This document shows positions 1-10,776 of a stretch of DNA of 44,073 nt, one piece after another (position 1 is the first letter of the stretch; the number at the start of each line of letters is the position of its first letter). The stretch lies in assembly GCA_965230995.1 (NCBI GenBank), contig OZ246398.1, positions 1 to 44,073 of the forward strand, in the 5' to 3' direction. Origin of the DNA: an uncultured Candidatus Saccharibacteria bacterium. GTDB taxonomy: Bacteria > Patescibacteriota > Minisyncoccia > Phycocordibacterales > G965230995. Position numbers and translations under genes: made by a program. The notes under the pieces were generated by a model that saw nothing but the letters and a program-made list of their open reading frames with translations, searched no databases and had not been told where the DNA came from.

Positions 1-551
1 ACAACATCACCTGCGACAGAGAGTTTGGCGTATGGTGAGGTGGTGCCGATACCAAGTCTTGCGTTTGTATTATCCCAGAACAAAGCTGAGGTATCATCGA
101 CTGTTGTACCTGTTCCTGGGTAGTACGCAAGATAACCTGCTGTACCAGTGTTAACTGTTCCTGAGCCACCCCCACCGCTTGTAGATAGACATGTTCCATC
201 AATTGCAAAACATCCATCTGTTAGATTAATACCGTTTGCAAATGTCGAGGACGCAGATGTAGATGATGCAATAAAATATCCAGCATCAATAAATGCATTA
301 GAAGAAATACCTCCAGCAAAAGTAGAAGTTGCTGTTGTGGTTGCTGTAATATATGGAATCCTTCCTGGGTCAACATTACAATTAGAATCGCCTGGTGAGC
401 AAGAAGGGTCAAGTGTCTCACCAGGAGAATATTGTGTTGTAGGTGGAGCAGCATTTACTGTTGCAAAGATGAGAAGCGAAGACGACAAAACCACCATTAA
501 AAAGTAAACATCTTTTCTATGTAATTTTTTAAAGAAGTTTTGTATCTTCAT
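1..551 (-). CDS. N-terminal part of a large secreted/surface protein (runs off the left edge)
   Basis: Manual translation from ATG 551: MKIQNFFKKLHRKDVYFLMVVLSSSLLIFATVNAAPPTTQYSPGETLDPSCSPGDSNC...WDNTNARLGIGTTSPYAKLSVAGDV. Signal peptide, T/S/G-rich, no stop before base 1, so absent from the ORF track. The GIGTTSPxAKL motif recurs in large CPR surface and tail-fibre-like proteins. Confidence 0.8.
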   Translation of the reverse strand, partial: MKIQNFFKKLHRKDVYFLMVVLSSSLLIFATVNAAPPTTQYSPGETLDPSCSPGDSNCNVDPGRIPYITATTTATSTFAGGISSNAFIDAGYFIASSTSASSTFANGINLTDGCFAIDGTCLSTSGGGGSGTVNTGTAGYLAYYPGTGTTVDDTSALFWDNTNARLGIGTTSPYAKLSVAGDV

Positions 552-660
552 AAACAAAGCACTCCTATATATATTACTATATATTGCGTACTATAAAAAA
601 TTAGCCCTGTGGATTACTATTTTTTATTCCTAAAAAATTTAGCAGAGGAGAAAAAATTTG

Positions 661-2817
661 CTAAACATTAAATCTTTCGTTGATAATTCCCTTCTTAACT
701 TCAAATATTTTTGATGTAAATACATGCTCATATGTCTCGTCCAGGTTCTTTCTTTCAATTTTTATGTAATATTTGCCATTTGGAACCAAACAGAAGTATC
801 TTCCGCTCTTGTCGGCAATCTTGTGAGCTATTTCTGTGTTCAATTCTGCAGAAATTATTCTAACAACAGCAAAAGATAGCGGATCTCCGGTCTTTGAATC
901 ACTTATATACCCATTTGCTTTTGGTTTAAGACCAATAATTCTCAAAATAAGCAACGCAACATACAAAGCAAAAGTAATTATATTGTATGGTTGTGGAGCA
1001 ATGAACAATGCAATGACTGCTATTACAAAACCAACAGCGAACAAGACACTCGCAATTTTTGCAAAGACATAGTCGAACCTTGAATAGAATCTCATCAATT
1101 TTTTATTCTTCTTTGCGAATTCGTTCCAGTCGAATTTTACTGGGTCCATAGGAATACTTTTTATTATCAAAGCTCCGGTAGTTGGAATATCGATTGTCTC
1201 TCCAAAATATAGATTAGAATACAATTCATCAGAAAATCTTCCCGCTAATCTATCTGAAGGGAATTTGTAGTTTGTTTTATTTGCAATCATCTTGTATTTT
1301 CCAGCTTGAAGCAAGAAACCATATCGTCCATCTAGGTCAGTAATAGAAGAGCTAACTTCTTTTCCATTTTCATCAACCAAAACTACGTACGCAGGATCGA
1401 GAGGTTGTTTTGTAATACTGTCATACACAGTTCCCCATGGTTTAAATCTTCTCTTTAGACCGAGAAAGGTTAGGAGCAATGTCCATATTCTAAATGGAGC
1501 AAGTGCAAGTTCAGAAAAAGAACTTGGATTAAAAAACGTAGTAGAAACAGCAGCAAAAGATCCGGTGACGACTCCGGCAGTAGAAACTGTTTTAACGACT
1601 GTTTCTCCTACTGGATCTGCATAGATTTTTTTTGCCACATCATAAGAATCAAGAGCGACCGTTCCAACTGCGACATAAGTATTTTCGATTGCATTACCAA
1701 TTACAGGAGGTAAAATACTTTGAGTGAAGGAAACAACCACACTCGGCACTGATATATTGTTATTATTTGATGGCTGATTGATTAGAGGATTTTCTTCTGG
1801 TGGTAATTGCCCATAAACACAATTTCCATAAGCGTCTCTAACATAACCTTCTGGTAAAGTTGTTTGTGAACCAGAAATATTTGGACACAGATCAGAATCT
1901 TCTGGAATTATACAGTTACCAAAACCATCAGTTGTATATCCATCAGGAATTTGCGTCTGTTCTCCAGAAATATTTGGACAGACATCTAGTGGATCCTCTG
2001 GTAATACACAGTTTCCGAAGCTGTCTAATATATATCCTTCGGGCATTGCGACTTGATTACCCGCCAAATTCGGACACGAATCATTTATAAGTTCTGGAAC
2101 TACACAATTTCCAAATTCATCAAGAACTAATCCAGAAGGTATTGTGGTTTGAGCACCTCCAAGATTAGGGCAAACATCTACAATAGGAATTTCAGGAGGA
2201 AGAACTGGTGGAACAACAGCTACGCCCGGAGAAGATTCGTCAGTATCGAGAAGCGAAGAACATCCATTATCATTTGGATAATCTGTTTGACCATCACCAT
2301 CATCATCTACACTATTATTACAAGCAACTGCTGTAGTTCTAGAACTTGCAGGTCTCCAATCTGTTGCGACTTTGTGGTTTGATGTAGCACAAGAACTATC
2401 TGTCGTACAATTAAAAACAATCCAACCATAATTCTGACTCCATGCATAACCAGAAAAATTACCAGACGAATCAATTGTCACCCCGCCATTAGTAGGATCA
2501 AAATTTATCCAACCAGTATTTTCTCCCCAAGCATAACCAGACAGATTTCCTTCGGCATCATTATCGACACCGCCATTTGTTGGGTTTAGATTTATCCAGC
2601 CAACAGATTCACCCCACGCGTATCCTGTGATTCCACTATCAGTAATAGCAACATTACCGTTTGTTGCGCCAAAGTTTATAAAACCAAGATTACTATTTAA
2701 AAATCTCGCATATTTATTTGTACTATCAATTGTGCCGTTTGTTGAAGAAGCAAATGCTATCGATGCAAAAGAGATTAATACACCAAAAAAGAAAGCAATC
2801 GTCCTAATTGATCTCAT
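661..2817 (-). CDS. Multidomain surface/membrane protein (GYAW repeats, Cys-loop repeats, TM segments, two carboxypeptidase-regulatory-like beta domains)
   Basis: Signal peptide; three GYAWxxxxGWI repeats; DDDGDGQTD Ca-binding-like motif; four D.CPN..G.Q...P.G...D..GNC repeats; TDLDGRYGF and ADKSGRYF beta-sandwich motifs. Confidence 0.8.
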   Translation of the reverse strand: MRSIRTIAFFFGVLISFASIAFASSTNGTIDSTNKYARFLNSNLGFINFGATNGNVAITDSGITGYAWGESVGWINLNPTNGGVDNDAEGNLSGYAWGENTGWINFDPTNGGVTIDSSGNFSGYAWSQNYGWIVFNCTTDSSCATSNHKVATDWRPASSRTTAVACNNSVDDDGDGQTDYPNDNGCSSLLDTDESSPGVAVVPPVLPPEIPIVDVCPNLGGAQTTIPSGLVLDEFGNCVVPELINDSCPNLAGNQVAMPEGYILDSFGNCVLPEDPLDVCPNISGEQTQIPDGYTTDGFGNCIIPEDSDLCPNISGSQTTLPEGYVRDAYGNCVYGQLPPEENPLINQPSNNNNISVPSVVVSFTQSILPPVIGNAIENTYVAVGTVALDSYDVAKKIYADPVGETVVKTVSTAGVVTGSFAAVSTTFFNPSSFSELALAPFRIWTLLLTFLGLKRRFKPWGTVYDSITKQPLDPAYVVLVDENGKEVSSSITDLDGRYGFLLQAGKYKMIANKTNYKFPSDRLAGRFSDELYSNLYFGETIDIPTTGALIIKSIPMDPVKFDWNEFAKKNKKLMRFYSRFDYVFAKIASVLFAVGFVIAVIALFIAPQPYNIITFALYVALLILRIIGLKPKANGYISDSKTGDPLSFAVVRIISAELNTEIAHKIADKSGRYFCLVPNGKYYIKIERKNLDETYEHVFTSKIFEVKKGIINERFNV

Positions 2818-2876
2818 ACACTATTATATTATCAGTTTGGCACATTTTTTAATACTCAAAGTTATTCACACACGTT

Positions 2877-3344
2877 TTAAAGATAAAAAACGACAATATC
2901 ACCAATATTAATTTTTTCCTTTTCTGCCGTACCCGCATTCAATTCTATAATATAAGTAGCGGGACTTTGCGGATAAAAAACATTAGGAAAGCTTTCTGGC
3001 AATGCATTTTCTTTAATATCTATTACCTTTTTTTCTGCATCTAACCAAATAATATCGATTGGAAAATTCATATCTTTCATCCAGATCCCATATTTGTCTG
3101 GATTGTTGTATATAAAAAGCATACCGTAATTTTCTCCCATTTTAATCACACCGGACAAACCTTTGGTTTTTTCAGTTTGAGTTTCGCTTTTTTTAAGGAA
3201 AAAAATATTTTCTCCAATATTTGCAGTCACACATTTATCACAAACATATTCAATATGTGTAACCTTTTTAGGAAAAAATAGTACGATAATCGTAATTGCA
3301 ATCAATACAAAAAATATTTTGATAACCCATTTCATCCAAACCAT
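2877..3344 (-). CDS. DUF192 family protein
   Basis: GLS...GMLF...GIWMKDMNFPIDIIWLD...YIIELNAG...IGD pattern; N-terminal TM helix. Confidence 0.9.
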   Translation of the reverse strand: MVWMKWVIKIFFVLIAITIIVLFFPKKVTHIEYVCDKCVTANIGENIFFLKKSETQTEKTKGLSGVIKMGENYGMLFIYNNPDKYGIWMKDMNFPIDIIWLDAEKKVIDIKENALPESFPNVFYPQSPATYIIELNAGTAEKEKINIGDIVVFYL

Positions 3345-3350
3345 AGTATG

Positions 3351-3971
3351 TTATTTGTGCTTTCTAACGTGATACCAAATTGGCCAAAGTAACAATGCCC
3401 CAACAGTACCAATAACGACGCTTATAACAATCAATTTTTCAAAGCCGAGCGTCACTGCAAAATATCCTCCAATTGCAGAAAAGCCAGCACTTGTGAGATC
3501 AGTAAGAGAATAATACGAACCCCATTCCATTCCTTCCTTTTCTCTATCAATATGCCGTGTAAAGATAGCCATGAAGCTTGGAAAGGTAAAGGCGGTCAAA
3601 AGTCCAGTCAAAAACTGAACTATGTAAAGTTCAAGAGGTGTGTCTATATACAAATACGCAAGAGGTAAAATAGCAATCGCAACAGTAAACACAAACATTA
3701 TCCAGAAATCATCTTTTTCTCCTCGAATTTTATCCAGTACATATGCAATAGGAATCTGGAGACCACTTTTTGTAAATAGATATATTGCAGCAGCCACCCC
3801 AGCAACAGCTTCGTTTCCTCCGATTATAAAGTCATTTATGTATAATGCAAAAATTGGACCGAGAAGAGCCATACTTCCGATAAAAATAGTATCGGAAAGC
3901 ACCATAAACCTAATCACAGGACTTACATCTTTGAAAAAATTAAATTTTAGTCTTGCAAGTCTGGTTTTCAT
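3351..3971 (-). CDS. Half-size (about 6 TM) MFS-type transporter
   Basis: 206 aa hydrophobic ORF; motif-A-like LDKIRGEK; A.FTRHIDREKEGMEWG typical of the MFS N-half. Confidence 0.75.
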   Translation of the reverse strand: MKTRLARLKFNFFKDVSPVIRFMVLSDTIFIGSMALLGPIFALYINDFIIGGNEAVAGVAAAIYLFTKSGLQIPIAYVLDKIRGEKDDFWIMFVFTVAIAILPLAYLYIDTPLELYIVQFLTGLLTAFTFPSFMAIFTRHIDREKEGMEWGSYYSLTDLTSAGFSAIGGYFAVTLGFEKLIVISVVIGTVGALLLWPIWYHVRKHK

Positions 3972-3983
3972 ATTTGTAGGATT

Positions 3984-4640
3984 TTAGATTGTCCAAGAAT
4001 CGTGCACAACTGCAACGAGATACCAATCCCCGTCTTTGTTTTCAAAAACCAAATTCAAACTCTGCCAGTCCATACCCCCATATTTTTCATCAAAACCTGA
4101 AAAATGGTACTCGACAACTTTTCCCTCGGGATAAAAATCTCTGATATTATTTATTGTATTTCCCTTTCCTATAATTTCTCCGTCATATGAGATCTCTTCT
4201 GCATTTGCAAAATCAGATGAATAAACAAAAGTTTTGTAATAATCACTAAAAGTAGCATTTATAGGAAAACCTGATCCATCAGAATATCCCCAAAGGTATA
4301 TTTTTTTATTTGTAAATATATTTTCAAATTCTTCTGAAGTAAGAACGACATCATTTTCACGGACGCTTACATAAGGAGAAAATCTGACACCTTTTTCTGG
4401 ATGAACCCTGAGTGCAAGAGCTTCTGTGTCTTTGTCTTTTATAAGATTAATTACGTCAGTTGCAACTTCTTCCAAAGTTTCATTGACTCCAATTTCATCA
4501 ATGTCTTCAAGTAACTCTTCATCCTCACCGACATCATCAGTATCTTGAGAACCGCCAAAATTACTGCCGATCAAATATGCACCACCCGCAATTAATATAA
4601 TTACGAGTATGCCGATTAAAATTTTCAAACTTTTAGTCAT
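3984..4640 (-). CDS. Membrane-anchored hypothetical protein
   Basis: N-terminal TM, acidic linker, globular domain with VHPEKGVRFSPY and GMDWQSLNLVF. Confidence 0.75.
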   Translation of the reverse strand: MTKSLKILIGILVIILIAGGAYLIGSNFGGSQDTDDVGEDEELLEDIDEIGVNETLEEVATDVINLIKDKDTEALALRVHPEKGVRFSPYVSVRENDVVLTSEEFENIFTNKKIYLWGYSDGSGFPINATFSDYYKTFVYSSDFANAEEISYDGEIIGKGNTINNIRDFYPEGKVVEYHFSGFDEKYGGMDWQSLNLVFENKDGDWYLVAVVHDSWTI

Positions 4641-4710
4641 ATTTTTTTATTAGAGCTAACAATGCAAATATTATATCACAAGGAGTAGCTAAATAAAAAA
4701 ATCTTTTTTG

Positions 4711-5850
4711 TTAATTAGATTCGGACACAAATTCATTTTCTATTTGTACATTAATCAAATTATTGATTTCTGTTAATGATACATTTGTATCGGATTCGCT
4801 TATTGACTTAGTAAATGGATCCAAAATTTTAACGTAGCCACTTCCTGTTATATTAACCAATAAGAAATTACCTTTTGATATCGGGACGATATTTGTCTTC
4901 CATCTTCCAACCCCCCTAAAGACAGGTAGATTATCTGCGGTGTAAAAAATCGGAACAGCTTTTTTCGTTCCAGAATTGCTATCAGAATTTACATCTGACA
5001 TCCATCCCTCTTTAGAATCGAAATAATAGGCAATATCGCCAAATTTAGCATCCACATCGATCATTCGTTCTCCGGTCCTTTTACTTATTATGATTTTATC
5101 ATCGTAATAAGGTCCAAAATTACTAATAGTGATCACATCTCCTTTTTCACTTAGATTCCATGTCTTTGGATAAAAAAACTTAAAGCCAAAGTTTGCATCG
5201 GCATAAGTTTTCCAATTAGCCACCATCTGTTCTTTTACCTCAAAAAATTTAAAAGTAGAAATAATTTTATCTGTTGTTATTTTCCTCATATCAAAATCCT
5301 CATCAGCGAGTGTATTTGGATAAATTCCTGAATATTGCCAAAATGCATCAATAAAGATTACATTTGAATCATCCTTTTGGATATAATAATACCCACTACT
5401 TCCACCTCCTATTTCAAATTCTTTTTTTAATGCATCAAGTCCACCGACTGTGGTTTTAGTAAAACCCTCCTCTCTTGAAAAGTCATTTACATTTCCATTA
5501 AAGTGACATATGTGTAAATAAATATTTTCATTTTCAATGATTTTTACAGATTTTTCGTCGTTTACTTTTTTATCTTTAATCCACTGATAACAATCATTTT
5601 TCCCAACACTGAAGGATTTTGGATATTTTACCTCATAACCAATCAAATCGTTTCTGTATGTTTTCCAGTTAACAATATCTTTTTCTAGATTTTCAATATT
5701 AATTGTTTGAGAAAATTTATCTACCTCTCCCCGTTGTGATATATTAAAATACTGATAAACCCAAGAGCCACACCCGACTAATATCGCAAGAACAATAATC
5801 ACACTCATCGCAATGGGTGTAGATATAGTACGGTTCAAATTTTTAAACAT
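4711..5850 (-). CDS. Membrane-anchored protein with two PsbP-like NWKTY domains
   Basis: N-terminal TM; repeated NWKTYxxxxxGY/FxxxYPK motifs. Start moved from 5901 to the in-frame ATG at 5850 (uncertain). Confidence 0.65.
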   Translation of the reverse strand: MFKNLNRTISTPIAMSVIIVLAILVGCGSWVYQYFNISQRGEVDKFSQTINIENLEKDIVNWKTYRNDLIGYEVKYPKSFSVGKNDCYQWIKDKKVNDEKSVKIIENENIYLHICHFNGNVNDFSREEGFTKTTVGGLDALKKEFEIGGGSSGYYYIQKDDSNVIFIDAFWQYSGIYPNTLADEDFDMRKITTDKIISTFKFFEVKEQMVANWKTYADANFGFKFFYPKTWNLSEKGDVITISNFGPYYDDKIIISKRTGERMIDVDAKFGDIAYYFDSKEGWMSDVNSDSNSGTKKAVPIFYTADNLPVFRGVGRWKTNIVPISKGNFLLVNITGSGYVKILDPFTKSISESDTNVSLTEINNLINVQIENEFVSESN

Positions 5851-5912
5851 ACGAATTAGATTAACTTTAATTTTAAGTTTGTTAATAATATCATATATCA
5901 TTAAAAAATAAC

Positions 5913-6254
5913 CTATCCTCCTTGTTCACTTCGTTCACAGCAGAAGAGATTCGGTCACAACTCTTCTGCTTCGATAAATCTACGCAACGAAGGTCGCGAC
6001 CCCGTCTCATGGGCAAGCCTCGCAAGCTCGCTTGTATACCGGCTCCGACTTTCGAATCTCCCATCCTCTCGCAATGGTAAATTGCTCAAACACTTCGTGT
6101 TTTTGCAAACCATTGCAATAGAGATTCGATCCTTACAGGATCACAGTACCCCGATTGGATAATTACTTCGTCCTAAACGGACTCGTAATTATACACAATC
6201 GGGCTTCGAATCTCCCACGAAAGCCTCCCAGGCTTTCTATCCTCCTTGTTCACT
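5913..6254. repeat. Hairpin-rich tRNA-adjacent element flanked by an 18-bp direct repeat
   Basis: CTATCCTCCTTGTTCACT at 5913-5930 and 6237-6254; inverted copies of the tRNA-Ser 3' arm at 6051-6068 and 6205-6217; several nested stem-loops. Confidence 0.8.
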
Positions 6255-6255
6255 G

Positions 6256-6342
6256 CGGAGGATGGGAGATTCGAACTCCCGAGACCGTTTCCGGCCTGCA
6301 TCCTTTCCAAGGATGTGCACTAGGCCACTATGCGAACCCTCC
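6256..6342 (-). tRNA. tRNA-Ser(GGA)
   Basis: GGAGGGT/ATCCTCC acceptor, G discriminator, CATCC-TTGGAAA-GGATG anticodon arm, long variable arm, GGGAG-TTCGAAT-CTCCC T-arm; CCA not encoded. Confidence 0.97.
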
Positions 6343-6355
6343 ATTGATAATATAG

Positions 6356-6796
6356 CTACATTGATTTACCCTGCTTTAAGCGTCTCGATTGTTCAAATCC
6401 GTAAAAAACAGTGAACTTATTAGCAACCCATCCCAAATAGTCATAAATGATACGATACTCAGCGTCTCCTTCTGTTGTGCCTCTCTTGTCACCTACCTTT
6501 GTAAGTAATTCGGCTTGGATTTTCTTAAAAAAATCGAAATGTCTTTGCGATAATTCTTGTGGTGGTACTCTCATAAACGAAAATAACAATGCGTGTCCTT
6601 CATCAATGAAATTAATATTAGACACATCTTTGGAATCACCAAAATGGTTAGTTTTTCCAGTAACGGTTTCTATTTTTCTTTCTTCTAAAAATATCTCTCT
6701 GACTTCTTCGACTGGCACCTTAGGGAGATTCAGCTCTCGAATTTGATCCTCTAGAGAACTTTTTACAATCTGTGATGCGTGTTCTGGTGTTGACAT
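6356..6796 (-). CDS. Hypothetical protein
   Basis: 146-aa ORF filling the gap between htpX and tRNA-Ser; no recognised motif. Confidence 0.7.
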   Translation of the reverse strand: MSTPEHASQIVKSSLEDQIRELNLPKVPVEEVREIFLEERKIETVTGKTNHFGDSKDVSNINFIDEGHALLFSFMRVPPQELSQRHFDFFKKIQAELLTKVGDKRGTTEGDAEYRIIYDYLGWVANKFTVFYGFEQSRRLKQGKSM

Positions 6797-6800
6797 ATAA

Positions 6801-7682
6801 TTATTTTATTCCTCTTAATCTTTTAATTCTCTCTTCGACTGGCGGGTGTGTTGAAAATAAACTTGAAATCTTTTTTCCTCCACCTGAAAAAGGATTCGAA
6901 ATAAACAAATGAGCTGTTGCATGGTTGGCTTTTCTCATTTCAATTGATGAGCTTGATATCTTTTGTAGCGCTCCCGCTAGACCCTCTGGATATCTTGTAA
7001 ACAATGCACCAGTTGCATCTGCAAGATATTCTCTTTTTCTTGATATTGCAAGCTGAATTAATGTCACTGCTATTGGTGCTATGACAGCCAAAATCAAACC
7101 GACAATTACAAGAACTGTTCCAGCTTTGTTTTCATCACGACCACTATTAAATATCTGTGCACGGAGAAACATATCAGAGAGAAGCGCTACAAAACCCACC
7201 AAAACTACGACGACTGTCTGAAGCAAAGTATCTCTATTTCCAATATGTGCCATTTCGTGGGCAACGACTCCCTCAAGTTCTGATTTCTCCAAAATATCCA
7301 AGAGTCCTGTTGTTACTGCAACAACACCGTGTTCTGGATTTCTTCCTGTTGCAAAAGCATTCGGCTGTCTTTCGTTAATTACATATAATTTTGGCATTGG
7401 TATACCTGCTGTAATAGAAAGATTTTCTGTTATATTCCAAAGATCCGGATATTCATTCCTTGTAACTGGTTTTGCAGAGTACATAGAAAGTACAATCGAA
7501 TCAGAAAACCAGTAGCTGAGCACATTCATAAATAAACTAAAAATTATTGCTCCAACGAGGATTACCTGATTGTTGTAAACTAAAGAAAAAGACCAACCTA
7601 AAATAATCACAATGACAAGAAACATTGTCATAAGAGCCCAAGTCCTAAATATGTTTGATTCTCGTTCTTTATAAATATTCAT
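6801..7682 (-). CDS. htpX: Zinc metalloprotease HtpX (M48)
   Basis: PNAFATG, HEMAH zinc motif, SRKREYLADATGA, FSTHPP. Start set at ATG 7682, which has TATAAT 7 nt upstream. Confidence 0.95.
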   Translation of the reverse strand: MNIYKERESNIFRTWALMTMFLVIVIILGWSFSLVYNNQVILVGAIIFSLFMNVLSYWFSDSIVLSMYSAKPVTRNEYPDLWNITENLSITAGIPMPKLYVINERQPNAFATGRNPEHGVVAVTTGLLDILEKSELEGVVAHEMAHIGNRDTLLQTVVVVLVGFVALLSDMFLRAQIFNSGRDENKAGTVLVIVGLILAVIAPIAVTLIQLAISRKREYLADATGALFTRYPEGLAGALQKISSSSIEMRKANHATAHLFISNPFSGGGKKISSLFSTHPPVEERIKRLRGIK

Positions 7683-7698
7683 AGGTATAATTATACAC

Positions 7699-7741
7699 AA
7701 ACAACAAAAAATTTCCCGTCTAGGGAAATTTTTTGTTGTTT
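7699..7741. terminator. Intrinsic terminator after lemA
   Basis: 19-bp perfect inverted repeat AAACAACAAAAAATTTCCC-gtcta-GGGAAATTTTTTGTTGTTT. Confidence 0.85.
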
Positions 7742-7752
7742 TGAATTAATAA

Positions 7753-8310
7753 CTAGAATTGAACAGAAACAGGATCCTTTGCGGAAGCCTCATCCGAAGA
7801 AAGTTCAAAGAAATCCCTTTTAGCAAATGAAAACATGCTTGCGATAATATTCGAAGGGAATGATTCAATTTTTGTGTTCAAATCCCTTACGTTTCCGTTA
7901 TAGAATCTTCTTGATGCTTGTATTTTATTTTCTGTATCAGAAAGCTCTCTCTGTAATTCTAGAAAGTTTGTGTTTGCTTTCAAATCTGGATAATTCTCTG
8001 CAACAGCAAAAAGTGATTTGAGAGTACCCTCGAGCATATTTTCTGCATTTGATTTGTCTGCAATGCTTTGTGCTCCCATAGCAAGATTTCTCGCCTCCGT
8101 TACCTTTTCGAGAGTTCCTGCTTCGTGTGTGGCATATCCTTTTACAGTGTTTATCAAATTTGGAATCAGATCATATCGTCTTTTCAACTGGACATCTATA
8201 TCTGACCAAGCTTCTTTTGTTCTGTTTACAAGAGTTACCAATCGGTTATATGCAAATACAACCCACAAAACGATTACTACTATTATCCCTATTAATGTAT
8301 ATATTCCCAT
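7753..8310 (-). CDS. lemA: LemA family protein
   Basis: YNRLV...AWSDIDVQLKRRYDLIPNL...YPDLKAN.NF..LQ.EL..TENKI...RRFYN. Start set at ATG 8310. Confidence 0.96.
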   Translation of the reverse strand: MGIYTLIGIIVVIVLWVVFAYNRLVTLVNRTKEAWSDIDVQLKRRYDLIPNLINTVKGYATHEAGTLEKVTEARNLAMGAQSIADKSNAENMLEGTLKSLFAVAENYPDLKANTNFLELQRELSDTENKIQASRRFYNGNVRDLNTKIESFPSNIIASMFSFAKRDFFELSSDEASAKDPVSVQF

Positions 8311-8365
8311 ATTATTTATGTTAGCTATAAAAATCATTATAACACTAAAATAAAGAATAGACACT

Positions 8366-8399
8366 AAACAAAATCGCCACATTATGTGGCGATTTTGTT

Positions 8400-8400
<1 letters not shown>
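8366..8400. terminator. Intrinsic terminator after groEL
   Basis: AAACAAAATCGCCACA-tta-TGTGGCGATTTTGTTT. Confidence 0.85.
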
Positions 8401-10046
<1,646 letters not shown>

Positions 10047-10049
10047 TTA

Positions 10050-10370
10050 TTAACCTACTATCGCAGAAATTTCGCTTTCTCGAACAATGTAATATTCGAC
10101 AGAATCAATAGTTACAGTATCGCCCCAAGAAAACAAAACGACATCACCTTTTGCAACCTGCATAGGTACAAGTTTTCCATCGTCGTATTTTCCTTTTCCG
10201 ACAGCGACGACCACACCCTTCTTTAGACCTTTGTCCGAAGAAGCATTTTCAGGGATGTATATTCCTGAAGCTGTTTGTGTTTCTTTTTCGTTTATTTCAG
10301 ACAGAAGCACCCTATCGTGTAGGGGTATAACTTCCATCTCCTTTTTCTTTGTGCTCACTTTTTTTGTCAT
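10050..10370 (-). CDS. groS: Co-chaperonin GroES
   Basis: PLHDRVL...TASGIYIP...GVVVAVGKG; directly upstream of groEL. Confidence 0.97.
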   Translation of the reverse strand: MTKKVSTKKKEMEVIPLHDRVLLSEINEKETQTASGIYIPENASSDKGLKKGVVVAVGKGKYDDGKLVPMQVAKGDVVLFSWGDTVTIDSVEYYIVRESEISAIVG

Positions 10371-10481
10371 ATTTGTGCAAGTTATACATTAATAATCTTA
10401 TAATGAATACTATTATATGTTGGAGGGCTTTTTTTTCAAGACCATTGCATTTTGAAACGTTTTATGTACAATTAGTAACCA

Positions 10482-10715
10482 ATGGACAGTTTTATTGCTG
10501 TATTACCTTATATACAAATAGTCCTTTCTGTACTTCTAGTTGGAGCAATCCTTCTTCAGAGATCAGATGCTGGACTAGGTAGCGCTTTCGGTGGCGACGG
10601 CTCTTTTGGTGCAACATTCGAAAGACGAGGATTCGAAAGAATATCCTTCTTTACTACAATTGGCATTGCCATTCTCTTCGTATTGGGATCTATACTTGCT
10701 CTTATCTTTGCATAA
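10482..10715 (+). CDS. secG: Preprotein translocase subunit SecG
   Basis: Two TM helices around LLQRSDAGLGSAFGG...RRGFER. Confidence 0.93.
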   Translation: MDSFIAVLPYIQIVLSVLLVGAILLQRSDAGLGSAFGGDGSFGATFERRGFERISFFTTIGIAILFVLGSILALIFA

Positions 10716-10776
10716 AGATAACCTGTTCATATTCTTAAAAAAGTTAAAATAAACGAATTTTTCTATTCTAATATAT

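Noticed and set aside
148-507. 119-aa plus-strand ORF and the many other short ORFs antisense to long genes
   Set aside because: Shadows of well-supported genes on the opposite strand or in another frame.
6155-6355. 66-aa plus-strand ORF
   Set aside because: Antisense to tRNA-Ser and its hairpin trailer; the translation is the typical tRNA shadow.
10371-10481. CIRCE operator upstream of groES
   Set aside because: No TTAGCACTC-N9-GAGTGCTAA inverted repeat present.
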